Shown here: piece after piece, positions 43,039 to 56,346 of the stretch
Numbering within the stretch: position 1 is the stretch's first letter
How the letters are laid out: each line of letters opens with the position of its first letter
Source of the DNA: Trichoplax adhaerens
Lineage: Eukaryota; Animalia; Placozoa
Length of the DNA stretch: 64,000 nucleotides
Direction of reading: 5' to 3'
Assembly (NCBI RefSeq): GCF_000150275.1
Contig: NW_002060949.1
Span: 803,836-867,835 of the forward strand
Notes under the pieces: model-generated
The model's input: only the letters and a program-made list of their open reading frames with translations
Database searches by the model: none
What the model was told of the DNA's origin: nothing
Made by a program: the position numbers and the translations under genes

Positions 43039-45175
43039 ATACCGTTTACAACTCCCTAAGTAGGCATTGTACAGATCGAATAAAGTTATAATTGTTTAGT
43101 ATCAAGTTAGATTGTAGAATGCAGTAATTTCTGAAAATTTTTTAATAATGAAAATCTTGTATATCATAGAGTTATGTACCGTGAAATAACTTTAGATATT
43201 CTGTCGTAATTTTAAGTAATTAGTTTTCGTCTAACAAATATTATATGCTTGTTCATATCGGCAAACTATAGCACCTATGATACCAGATAAATGATGTAAG
43301 AAATTAATATTGTTATTGCGGTATCACGCTGCATATTTCATTACATTTTTGTTCTCCGATGTAAAATAAGGAATGTTGGATTGTTTTCTACAATTATGTT
43401 GTGGATGTAGTAAAAACTAATTTGTATGCTGTAAATTACTAATATATGGAAGATGAAGTAACTTTTTGTAATTTTTAATTTTAAGATGAAATTTGTTCCA
43501 TAGTTTATTGGATTATAGTTGTTGTTTTGCAACTTGCTAATTTTTCTTAAATGTTATGTCGCTATTTCAATGTCGAATGATAAAGCTAGTTTAGAAATTG
43601 TTGTTTAATCTTCCTAAATATATAAGTGTTAAGCACAGCGATCTGATTACTGTGATATATCAAAATCTTGCTATGATCGTTAGTATGAGGTATTTACAAA
43701 GATCAAGTCAGTTAATTATTGTATAAATAATAACTTCAGATGTACAATTATTATTTGGCAGCTTATATTTAGGCTACCTTGGCAACAATTCAACAGGTTT
43801 TGCAATATTTTTAGTGATTACATTACCTTCAGCATGACCAAATTCTGAATGTTTTTATATACTAACGAGATAGTTATTAATATCTTTACTAATCGTTTTT
43901 TATGCTCCTTTATTGTTAATGTAATTTCCAAATCTGCCATTGACGTTTAGGTAATGACAAACTAAATTGCCTAGGACATGTCAAATGGGTGACTTGTTGT
44001 AGATGCACTATAACACGATTTGAAGACAATAAAAAAGTAAACATTAAATGCGTCATTGTATAAATATTCCTATTCGCTATTACGGCAATACTGCATGATC
44101 AACTTTAGCTTTACTAGCTTTCTGCAGTCACGGCCTGTTAAATGAAATTTAATGGTAAGGAGAGGATGTAAATAATTATTGGGCTAGAGTAAGATTAGAT
44201 CACGGTTAGGTGGATATATTTTGTTCTTCTTATTAATTTAAACAGCTAGCCACATACGACTATATCATAATATTGCCAACAATGTAACTGATTATACTAG
44301 GCAATCGAGGGTAAAATAAATTTTTATAGACAATAAGTTACTATTATCATACAAATTGCATCATTCAATTATATATATAGTTACTTAATTATAGCAATCC
44401 ACAGCGGAAATACAGCTCATGTTAATTTTGCAATATATGAACGGAACAGCTAAATAATGGAATGTAATTATAAATTTCTATTAGTAACATAAAATACAAA
44501 AGCAGAATAACTTAATTCAATCATCCGAGAATTATGATTTATTAATTAGTTAATTATAATAATATATATACAGTGAATACAGTTAAAGTAGAAAGTTAGA
44601 GATAAGAATAATGATAAATAATTTCGTAATTACTTTGTTTTCTAAACTCAATCTTCAAGATCAGTTTTAAGATAATAATTATCATCTAAATTATAAGTCG
44701 AAAATATTTTAAAATAGTTTCAGTACGTATATTGGAATAACCGTTATAATTGACATCTTTAGGTGATCTCTTTCGATAAAATGCCTAAATAATATGTTTG
44801 GTTCTTAAAAATTTAGATTTCGAATTTGTATCATTTTCCTTTAGATAAGCTTCTACTGAAGAGTAGAATAATTACTTAGATAGATGATTTTATAGCCGGT
44901 ACTTCATTTAGCAATCAATTTTAAGTGGTTTAATAAATATAGCCTATTGCATATGTATACAACATACGTTAAATACGAGTCGTACACCTATGCGGTGAAT
45001 TTTAACTACATATATCGACAGTATGTATATATCTTTAATAAATACATATATAATTATGTATGAAACTGATAGTATTAGGCAGTGTTAAGGCTGCCTCATT
45101 AAGTAGTAGTTGCCAATTTTGTGAAATGACAAACCGGATTATGAAACTGTTGAAATTGACGGATTTACTAATGCT

Positions 45176-48100
45176 TTAGCAGCATCGACAAAAGTTGAGA
45201 CAATGTTTAAGTTCTTTTGTATAACCTTCAATAGCTTCAGCAACCGTAAGGTGTCCTTTCTCTATCGCTATACGATATGGCGTCTTATCTTCCTGTAAGA
45301 TTTTCAAGATATATTAAATTGATTCTACTTAGAAAGTTTTCTGTTGCGGTTTATAAGAAATAAACATAACTGATTTGATTAATTTATTGATGCAACTGAA
45401 AGAATCTTAAATTTATTTATACGTGTACTTACTACTTCAGTAAATGATAAAATATACTAATGATAAACGTTATGAATATAACTTTGCAGTAATAATAATT
45501 CTTTAAAGTATTTTTATTAGCATTACATTTGAATGTATACTTTGATATGCGAGTCGCTCAATTTACATCTAAAATAAGGGCATTGTGCTTTGTAGCAGAC
45601 TCACATGGTCTTTTAAATCTTGCGCTGCGCCATTATTAAGCAGTATAGATACTATTTCTAAATTTCCATAAAAAGCAGCAATATGCAATGGTGTTTTTCC
45701 ATCCTGTTTATACATATGTTGAACATGCTTTTAAATTATATTATAAGACAGCCATTGTTATAGTAGAACTAGTAATACGAATGAAAGCAAGAAATAATAG
45801 TAAAAGTGTACAATTGCATTTCATAAATAGTTTGGCCGAATAAATAAACTCCAAGTGGATAAGATAAATCTATAACGATTAAATTACTTTTAATAATAAA
45901 ATATTGAACTGAAGTATAGCCTCCAAAGGTCATCATTTTGGCAATAAAACCAAATTACTGTACAAAAAAGTCAGTCTTTCATAGTCCAAATATGATCTCG
46001 AATTGTATATAAACTTATTACGTAGAAGCAACTATACTCATTTTGCTAAATTAAACGGCAACAGAAATCAACGAAATCAGTACATAATAAGTCTTGTAAC
46101 TGATTTTGTAGTCAACAATTATAGTTACTCAAATTTTGTATAGTTAACTAGTAATTACGCATTTATATTATATATTTCTTTTGATATTGTTTGATTCGAT
46201 AGCATTAAAATTTATACTAGCGCTAGAAATGTTATAACACTTAACATTGATAGGTATCGATAAAAATGTACTCCTATTATATGAACCGAATATTTTAATT
46301 ATTTAAAACGAAAATTTGATATGCTTCACTAAAATGACGATTTTACGAGACAAGACAAAAGATATAAATAGTTATTTTTTAAAATATTACCTTGCTAACT
46401 ATATTACAGTTTGCTCCTTCTTTTATTAGTAGTTTTATTATTTCACTACGTTCTCGAATTGCAGCGAAGTGTAAAGCTGAATTTCCATCCTGTAGATTTC
46501 AGATGATGAAAATAAGAATGGTGTGTTATAATGGTAAGTATGACAGATAAACATGTCATTAAGCCGCAGAATTTAATCAATTAATAATAAAATAATTGCA
46601 TTTTAGCATTACTATATATTGAAAATAAATATTAACTTTAATTTACTTGTAGAAACTAAGTACATAGATACAACAGTCGCATACATCATTGACGGCATTA
46701 ACATTGGCCTTGTTATTGCATAATAATTCAACCATATTTATAAAACCCTTATTTGTGGCTTCAAGCAAAGCAGTACAATTTTCCTAGAAGTTGAAAAGTT
46801 AATAAATTTCAACAGACTTAAAATAAAATAGCTTATATCTTCATAAAATCATCAGGAATTTCTGATAAACAACAACAAATCAGATAGTAACAAGATTTCA
46901 AAGGAAGATCACAATGCCTTTTATGCTATAATTGTATAGAACTATCGATAAAATTTCTAAAATCATCCATTATTACCGTATATAAGTTATATCATGATTA
47001 AAATTGTAGCAAATCGCTCCTTGTTACATAACTTGCAATGATGCATTTCAAATAATGAGGAATAAGGGTATACGATGGATTTTAAATTTGCACTGATAAA
47101 ATAGTGTATATGCAATTTCAATTTGATCATTTTATGTTGGGGTTTATAATCCTTCACAATCATTGGAATTAGATAGCTTAATCTTAAAATTTAACTAACC
47201 CCATCACATGTATCGACTTCAGCACCATTATGTAATAAAATAGAGGCCACTTCGACATGTCCACAACTAGCAGCAGTAAATAACGGACTTGTATGGAATC
47301 TCTATAGAGATATTAGAAAGGATAAATTTACACAGCTATCGTAATTGTTATTATTTTTTATCCTAATTGCAGCATATATTAGTGTACTGAAGTATTTTTG
47401 ATAAGAAGTTTGTCCATTACGCGTTATTAAAATCTAAATCGGAGGGAAAAAATACTATATGTACAATTATACATATACACTTACTTAAAATATTGCTAGT
47501 GTTATATTCGTATCTAGTACAAGTTATAGGCAATAAACAAGATAACTAGAGCCGGTGCCCGAAGGGACCTTTGTGAGTATCTTATACATGTCTAATGAAC
47601 TTACATCTAACGTATTGACATTTGCCCCTTTCGCTAATAGCTCTGAGGTAATTTCAGCATAGCCAAGTGTAACTGCCATCTTTAGTGGAGTATCTTTCTT
47701 CTGTAAAGATAACATTGTAAGAATATGACATATCAAAAATTAATCATTCTTTGTTTCTATACATAATTTGTTGCTTAATGCAATATTTTGTAATTTTTTA
47801 TCTATTTAATATAGTTCAAGTTCCATTTTATTCACTAATGATCTTTTGCCAATTGAGACTATATACAACATTCTATGCATCAACATTGGATAATTTTGCT
47901 TAAAAATCTTGCACTGTCAGGCAATAATTTAAATCCTTTACTTACTCCCTTATATAAGCAATATTGCCATACTGATACTTACTTCGTCACGAGCACTATG
48001 ATTTGCGCTATGTTGTAGTAGTAATCGGACAATTTCAAATCTATTCAATGCGACAGCAAAATGGAGAGCAGTCTTCTTATCCTATAAGATTTATGATATT

Positions 48101-51100
48101 TATGATTTAGTGACTAAATTTGTAATATTAATTAATATATGTGTATTGTAGCTTTTATGCGAACAAAGAATTGAAATAAGTTTATTAGAAGATAAAATTT
48201 AAGGATAGGCGAGTTTAATTACTAGAATTCAATTTAAAATATCTGCTCTTAATATAGACTTGCAATTTGCAATTAATTCATTACTAGCATAAATATGATC
48301 GGTGAAATCAGAATTATATTCTGAATAATAAATCCGTTATATTTTGGCACAGATTTTAAAATGACAGATCTAAATCACAAGAAGCACTTAATTTGATCAT
48401 ATTGTAGCAGTACTAATCATATCGTGCCTATCTACAGTGTATATGTTAAACGTCAATAGAATAATTGAATAGCAATGAACCACAATAAATATTTCATAAA
48501 TGACAGGAAAAGCAAGTAAAAGAATTAAAGTTGATGCTTTCCAGAGTTACGGTAAAAGCAGATAACAAAAACAGCTAGCATTACCCATTCCTTTCTATCA
48601 AGTTGTAATTGTACCCCTACGTCTAACAATTTAAATAATGATACCTTATTCATTTCAAAATTCGACACAAGCGTATACTTCTTATATCTTTCAAATACCG
48701 ACTAAAAATAGATCACTAAAATTTACCGTATATCAATCAATACCAATGTTTCGTTTCCGTTTACTTAATATAGAGATATAATGCAATAGTCAATTTTTTC
48801 GTTATTATGTNNNNNNNNNNNNNNNNNNNNNNNNNNNNNNNNNNNNNNNNNNNNNNNNNNTGCATAAATGACAGGAAAAGCAAGTAAAAGAATTAAAGTT
48901 GACGCTTTCCAGAGTTACAGTAAAAGCAGATAACAAAAACAGCTAGCATTGCNCATTGCAATAGTCAATTTTTTCGTTATTATGTTTTTTAGTAATTTGA
49001 ATCGTCATTTATACTCGTTTGTACCATAACTACCTGAGAATGATCGCACAGTAATGTATACAAAATTTCGATTGCCGTACTGTAAAATAGTATAGCTTTT
49101 TATTTAGTAAAATAGCAGTATTTTTTAATAAATGATAATTGTAATCTATACCTACTAGCCATTATATTAAATTAAATAAGGAAAAAATAGGATAGAAATT
49201 GAGCAACAATGTACACGAGGATGTTTGGGTTATTACTGGAATCTTACTCCTTAGACGTGATCATGCAATCATTAACATTCATACTTATAACTTGAGCAAG
49301 TTTGTTCATAATTATAATCGACGGAGATGTGGGTTTTAGTCATTCTCGTCTGCAAACAGTTTTTACCATCATAAAAAAATTGAGGAAAATCTCATTAAAT
49401 TTATTGTTCTAATTTTGATTACATCGCTTATTGCTAGCAGTGGGTAAAAATAAGCTTCCTGCAGTATATACACAGTAGATAAAATTATAATTTTATAGTG
49501 TGTTCTGTCTGAATAAGCTATTAACTGCTCGTTTTAGTTAAATAAAAGGTAAAAGTAGCTAACATGAGTTTGATCGTCATTGATCACTTTAATTTAAGAT
49601 CGTGATCTCTCGACAGATGTTCTATGTGTAGACAAGTTTGGCCAGTGTTATTCGTACTAATGTATTATCGACAAGCTAGCGAATACTCATTCCAGTTAAA
49701 TAAAAGGTAAAAGTACTTAGCATGAGTTTAATCGTCACAGATCGCTTTAAAGATTATGATTTCTCGACAGATGTTTTATTCTTAGACAAGTTTGACCACT
49801 ATTATTCGTACTGGTGTATTATCGACAAGCTATCGACTATTCGTTCCAGTTAATAGTAAATAAAAGGTGAAATATAGCTAACATAAACTTGATGGTTATT
49901 GATCGCTTTTAGATCGTATTCTCTCGACAGATGTTTTATGCGTAGACAAGCTTGGCCAATATTATTTGTATTAATGTATTATTGGCAAGCTATCGACTAA
50001 TCGTTCCAGCTGAATAAAAGGCAAAAGTATCTAACATGAGTTTGATCGCTACTAAGATCATAAATCTCTCGATAAATTTTTTATGCTTAGACAAGCTTGG
50101 TTAGTGTTATTAATATGATTGTATTAATTATCGACGAGCTATCGACTATTCGTTTCAGATAAATAAAAGGTAAATGTAGCTACCATGACTTTGATCGCTA
50201 TTAAGATCATAACCTCTCGACAGATGTGTTATATATAGACAATATTATTCGTACTAATGCATTATCAGTAAGCTATCGACTGCTCGTTCCAGTTGAGTAA
50301 AAGGTAAAAGTAGCTAACACGAGTTAGATCGCCATTGATCGCTCAAAGATCACAATCTCCTAACAGATGTTTTATGCCTAGGCAAGCTTGGCGATTATTA
50401 TTCGTACTACTATATTATCATGAATCCACTAATAACATCGTGGTATTAATATAATCGTCTCATATCCATGTCATTACGAGCTTTCAAATGCCCAAAGGCC
50501 AATTCAAATAGATTAAACAATAACAATATTAAATCAATTGCGAAAAGTAAACGGATATACAAAATTGGACAAAATCAGTGTCGAATTCTACAAGGAAAAC
50601 AAAATTTTGACAGGAAAAACTTAAACAATACTATATAATCCAATCAAAAAGTTGTATCATTGAAGCCTCAACGAAGGCTATGCTGAAGATTGATCAAGGA
50701 TTATTTTCCTCTTCTAAACAATCGACTTCCATCTATGACATTGATAGAAGGCGAGTAATACTAACCACTCTGGTTCTTAATTAATCCTTGTCAGACTATT
50801 GTTAAAACAATTAGCATTCTTTACTTTTTGTCAAACCTGTTCGTGGGCGTTAACGTTAGCTCCATATTCAATTAGGAGTTTACAAGTTTTAAACCATCCT
50901 TTCTCCGTAGCTAACATGAGGGCAGTTTTGCCAACCTAATTAAATATCGTATTACACATTATTAGTGAGAGAAATGAGAATGTTAAGTATGAAAATTGAT
51001 CATCAAATACGATGGAAGAATAAGATGGATGGACTACAAAAAATAAGATACACAGCCATTGTCTTGCTAATGATAGCCAAGAGAAGAGCTATAGTTGGCA

Positions 51101-53788
51101 TTATGTTTTACACAATTTTAATTAATCAAACTTTATTATAGAAAAGTGTCAGCTGTATGTTGTTGACTATTTCTTCACTTGTTCTGTGCATCATTATTGC
51201 TGATGTGAATATAGATAATTTTAGTTACTTCTACGAGTGAGGAATCGATCATCGCTTTAATTTGTAGAAGATATTCCTAGCCAATTTTCAAGATGATAAA
51301 CACTAGTACTCTAGGAATCTACTAGACGAATATAATTAACTGACGATAATTCATAAACTAATCGATTGTAGTAGCCAATATTGCTACAGATATCAAGTAC
51401 CGCTGTGTTTAATGTAATACGAATTATCGGGAAGGCCTTGAAATGAAATATCTAATGTCCTATTTATTTGCTCAAACGATCAAATTTATTATTGGGACTA
51501 AAGGTCATTGCAACATTGCAATGATTGATAATCTTGTTGCTCGCGATATTATAATTATGATGGTGGAAACCGAGGAACTTATAGACAATAACTGATTTAC
51601 CGCTAGACCGATTTTTACCATTAACGTAAATGACGATAACTGTTATTCTTTTATTTATTTTCAATTGCAACTTTCTAAAATAAAAAGGCGGCGAGAAATT
51701 TTGATGATTCATTTTACTATTTGTAAACCCCGGATGTTCGTTTCTCGCGAAGCTATTTTTTTTGTTATTCTGATCAACCCTTAAATTTATTAATTATTTA
51801 TTTATTTTTATATAGAATGAATAACTGCTATTCATTATCAAGATAAGTTTTATTATTTCTTTCTAAAGTGATTTACAGGAGCATTAATATCTCTTGTATC
51901 GCAATGACAGTGGCTACTTTAACTAACTTGAGAAAATGCTATCCTTTTCTTACCGTCCAATTTACAATAGTATCTGGGTCTGCTCCATATTTTAGTTGTT
52001 TTTCGATATCGACTTCATGATCAGTTTCTTCTGAGATGTTTAAAGCTATCTCAGGTTGCTAAACGTTGTGATTTGATAAAATTGCCATTGATTAGAGTCC
52101 AAGACGATAATAATAATACTGCATGAGATGATATCAATTTACATCTACGATATATAACGACTATGACATTGGTCTAAGCTAGGATTACAGTAAATGATCA
52201 ATGGTAAACTCAGTGTATCTAGGTGTAGAACAGTTGTATGTTATGGATGTACTATTGCCTACATGAATGCACAAATTGTATTGCTAAAGGTAGATTTTAA
52301 CGATGTGGTGTAAAATTTAAATAGAATATAATAAAAGTGAATTATTTCACCGTGTAGGCTATGATACAATGATAGAAAAGGCTGATACATATGAATTCAT
52401 TGAAACTATATAGACCTGGTCCATTATAGAATAGGACTATAAAAGATAGACGTTAATTAACGAACTTGAAAATAAAGCTAAAGATTGCGAGGGAAATGGA
52501 ATGTACACTATGTATCTGGCCATGAATCATTAGTTAAATCCATCCTATATTGGATCTCATACGCTGTGATTGATTGTACTCTACATTCATTATCCTATAA
52601 ATGAAACGTAGGGAAAGTAAAAACTGGCATGAAATAGTAGCAAGCAAAAACTAAATAATGGTTAGCAGAACAGACCTAATTTACAACCCATTGACTAAGC
52701 AGAATATAGTCATAAAAATAACAAGAATTTGACGAATGCATGTCTATCATTGGGCGTGTAAATTTAATAATGTGGAATATAAATAACGGTCATATCGAGA
52801 TAACCATTAACTAAGCATAAAACGTGCAATAGGTTGGATAACTTTAACAAATTACTGATTGCCTATTCTTTTAACCTGATTACATTAAAATTCAATTGCG
52901 ACCCAAGTCTACCTACGCACATTATTTGCATCGTCCGTTATGTCAAGACTATCAATATCGCCAAAAGAGATGGTGTCCAAATCCATCGATCTCTGGATAT
53001 TCTTATAACGTACGTTATTTATATCATCCGTTAAATCAAGATTATCACTATTGCCACAGGAGATAGTGTCCAAGTCCATCGATCTCTGGATTTTTTTTTT
53101 ATGTCTTTAATATCACCCAAGTTATCTCCAACTGGCTAACGAGAATAACATATACACATCGATGCCAAGTGAAAGTGATCAACAATTTTTGATATCAATA
53201 AGACTAAATAGCTGCGGTATAGTCGTCGTTAACCGACTTTTTACTATAACTGTATAATCAATTCGACGACAGTTGTGGTGTATCGAAGGCGGAAGCTAAT
53301 ACTAATGCTATATTGATTGCAAGTGTTTAATTAATTATTAGCAGGATGCAGTAATTGACGTTAGCTTGCGATCTAGGTATAGTAAGTTATCCTATACAAT
53401 CTTGTGATCCAAAGCTACACTTTGGTATGTTATTGCAGCATGAATGTTATAGCACAGTATGGCATAAGCTGCCTTGAACAAGCCTTGCGATTCTCCTCGT
53501 CTACGTCAACAATTAGCATAACTGTATTCATATACGCTAAGTGTAATTGATAGTCTTGTATGTCATTATACAAGACAATTTGCAACTGGGAGTATACTGA
53601 TGAATTAGACTTGATTGCGATTTCATGTGTATGATAGAATATGCGTCGATTATCCACTAGGCTAATAGTGCGCGTCCTACTTCTCTAATTACTAATAAGG
53701 CCAAAAATTACCTTGGCACATTATACAGTGCACTGTATATCCAATATAGAATTAGTGAACGACATCGGCATATTCCAATTCGGTCCAT
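45176..53788 (-). CDS. Ankyrin-repeat protein with about 10 repeats, one per phase-0 exon, ending ...HCLNFCRCC*
   Basis: Exons: 52058-51954, 50935-50837 (VGKTALMLATEKG), 48701-48585, 48081-47983 (DKKTALHFAV), 47700-47605, 47301-47200, 46783-46685, 46489-46391 (DGNSALHFAA), 45703-45605 (DGKTPLHIAAFYG), 45292-45176. Two tentative 5' exons (53788-53712 and 52405-52351) join in phase 2/0. The ankyrin exons are secure; the start is uncertain. Confidence 0.8.
48811..48860. other. Assembly gap (50 N) with duplicated flanks
   Basis: Sequence from about 48495-48589 and 48783-48810 reappears immediately after the gap (48863-48985). Confidence 0.95.
49515..50419. repeat. Degenerate tandem array, ~140-160-bp unit, about 6 copies, inside an ankyrin-gene intron
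   Basis: The TAAAAGG(T/C)AAAAGTAGCTAACATGAGTTTGATCG...CTCGACAGATG...AGACAAG core recurs near 49540, 49698, 49858, 50013, 50161 and 50298. Confidence 0.93.
52950..53089. repeat. Two-copy ~93-bp-period direct repeat
   Basis: TATCAATATCGCCAAAAGAGATGGTGTCCAAATCCATCGATCTCTGGAT versus TATCACTATTGCCACAGGAGATAGTGTCCAAGTCCATCGATCTCTGGAT. Confidence 0.8.
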
Positions 53789-55020
53789 CGGTATACGCTA
53801 ATTTCTAGTGTCGTTAAAAGTCAAGCCGAAACCCGACTCGAGGGAGGGATTCGCTTTCAGTAATTCTGTTGTGATAGAGTGATGATTGTATAGCGATTGC
53901 ACTCATTTTTGGGTTAGAAAATCGACAATTTGATCGGGTTTTATCGGGTTCGGATTGCATTTTTACTCCATTTAAGGGCTCACTAAGTACTGTACAGTAT
54001 TTTATAATGTTATGATAATGTAGGTAATATCATGATGGCTCATCTTCTCTTGCACTTATTATTAAATGATTATTTCAATTATTTTATGTGCATAGATTCA
54101 TTGAATGGATTTAGCTTTAGATTGTGATCCAATATTTTAAATACACGCTGTAATGGATGGCTACTACCGAAAGTAATTCTTATTATATGAAGGGGTAGAG
54201 GCGGTAGCAAAAAATGACGATAGTAGTGATTCTACTAAAGAAGTAATAACTATTCTCCTTCATGGTCATTTAGAAATTTACCCGCATTGTGGATTTTACG
54301 GTTTACGATGCCAAGCAACTATTCGTTAAACTATAATTATAATTTTTTAATTGCATTAAAGGCTTTCATCAATCGGTAAAATTTACGGTACTTTACCAGT
54401 GTAGTAGTAAATATACAGTACTACATTTTATGTATTGTAAAGGATATATAGTTGATTCAATAATATTGCCATGAACAACGACAAACTTTACTTGATTCCT
54501 GAGATGTACTGTATTTCTTATCGGGTCTAGTGATGATCTTTCGCTCAGGTGTAAAGCTAAATGCTTGTATGCTGCTACAAGTACGGCAATTGGTAGTCGT
54601 CAATCTCTTGCTTCAGTTCATACAGGCAAAGAAAATTTTAGCTTGTCGTAGCCGCTAGTGGTCATTTTATCCATCGCAAATTCTAAAGTTATCCTGTATC
54701 TAATTAAAATGATGTTTTCTAATGATTGCGTAAAAGACGACTTGAATTGGATTTCAAGGGTGATAAAAATGAATATTATTAACGGTATTGTCAATTTTAT
54801 TAACTTAATCGAGCTGATGTGTTCATATTGAACTTCTTACTGCTAGCAAAGTACAGTAGGTCACTGGTCAGAATTGAATATTGCATGGTAGATATAGCAG
54901 TAGTGCGGGTGTACCATTTGTTCATGAAAATGCATATTAATAATAAACGTGCCGCTACACTACAGTACAGTATGTTCCAGAATGAAAATGCATAATATGC
55001 ATTTTCATTTAATTTATTTT

Positions 55021-55745
55021 TCAGATTTTTTGATGGCAAAGTACAGTGCTGTACAGTACTGTGTACAGAAGTTCATAATTCTTCAGATTTTTCGATGGCA
55101 AAGTACAGTACTGTACTGTACTGTGTGCAGAAATTAATAATTCTTTCAATTTTTCGATGGCAAAGTACAGTACTGTACAGTTCTGTGTATAGAAATTAAT
55201 AATTTTTTCAATTTTTCGATGGCAAAGCACAGCACTATGTACAGAAATTCATAATTCTTCAGATTTTTCGATGGCAAAGTACAGTACTGTACAAATTAAT
55301 AATTCCTTCGATTTTTTGATGGCAAAGTACAGTACTGTGTAAAGAAATTAATAATTCTTTCAATTTTTCTGTACAGAAATTCATAACTCTTCAGATTTTT
55401 CGATGGCAAAGTACAGTACTGTACTGTGTATAGAAATTAATAATTCCTTCGATTTTTCGATGGCAAAGTACAGTACTGTCCTTTGTACAGAAATTTATAA
55501 TTCTTTCAATTTTTCGATGGCAAAGAACAGTACTGTGTACAGAAATTCATAATTCTTCAGATTTTTCGATGGCAAAGAAAGTCAAGACTACAGAGTGCGT
55601 ATAGAGTACAGTTCTGTGTATAGAAATTCATAATTCTTCAGATTTGTCGATGGCAAAGTACAGACTACAGAGTACAGTATAGAAATTAGAAATTCAGAAT
55701 TCTTCAGGCCTTTCGATGGCAAAGCACAGCACTGTACTGTACTGT
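55021..55745. repeat. Minisatellite, ~50-80-bp unit, 12 copies
   Basis: Core TTTTCGATGGCAAAGTACAGTACTGT...AGAAATT(C/A)ATAATTCTT; twelve GATGGCAAAG cores counted. Confidence 0.95.
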
Positions 55746-55933
55746 ACCGTATATAGAAATTTATTTCTTTACAGTACAGTACAGTATGTCATTAATAATT
55801 CTTTCATAGACAGTTGGGGTAAAGTTTATTGAATGTGTTCGTGAAGTTAGTGTACACTGTACTGTACTGTACAGTATGATTTACATTCAGTACTGTACAC
55901 AGTGTACAGTACAGTACCTCCAGTCTCCAGTAC

Positions 55934-56346
55934 CGTGGACTACAGCACTGTACACTGTACTGTACAAGGATAGTCTCTTGGATGGACAGACAGCCCAGAC
56001 TCATCTCGGCAAAATATTGTGGCAAACACTTCGTTCTGACAGTACAGGACTGTACTAAAGTATGCAGACAGTCGATTCTGAATTGAAGCATTTTTTTCTC
56101 AATGAAGTAATACTCGCCCTATACTGTAAATTGAATCTTATTATCTATTCCTAAAATTCGACTTGGAAACAGCTATATAAGATCGTCAATGCTATTTAAA
56201 TTAGTAGCAGTGAGTTCGAAAATGGACATGAAAGATTCATACTAAGTAGTCATTTTTCGACATTGACGACCTCATTTGGTAAAACAATATCCGTCCATCC
56301 GAAGGACTGATCACGGATCAGTTTTAGTCTTCTTCTAGCAGTCCAT
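55934..56346. mobile_element. Second, longer copy of the MITE/foldback-like element
   Basis: The right arm 56281-56346, reverse-complemented (ATGGACTGCTAGAAGAAGAC..CTGATC..GGATGGACGGA), matches 16559-16620. The left arm contains CTCTTGGATGGACAGAC (55975-55991), equivalent to 16604-16620 with one mismatch. Confidence 0.5.

Noticed and set aside
43773-43786. X-box-like GCTACCTTGGCAAC
   Set aside because: It lies between two convergent 3' ends with no nearby gene start, so it is likely a chance match.
54150-54700. Short plus-strand open stretches of about 45 codons with coding-like composition
   Set aside because: No start or splice structure links them and no family was recognised. They could be pseudogene debris, but this cannot be supported.
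55021-55745. CRISPR-like repeat/spacer appearance
   Set aside because: The intervening segments are homologous to each other rather than unique spacers. The context is eukaryotic and there are no cas genes; it is a minisatellite.
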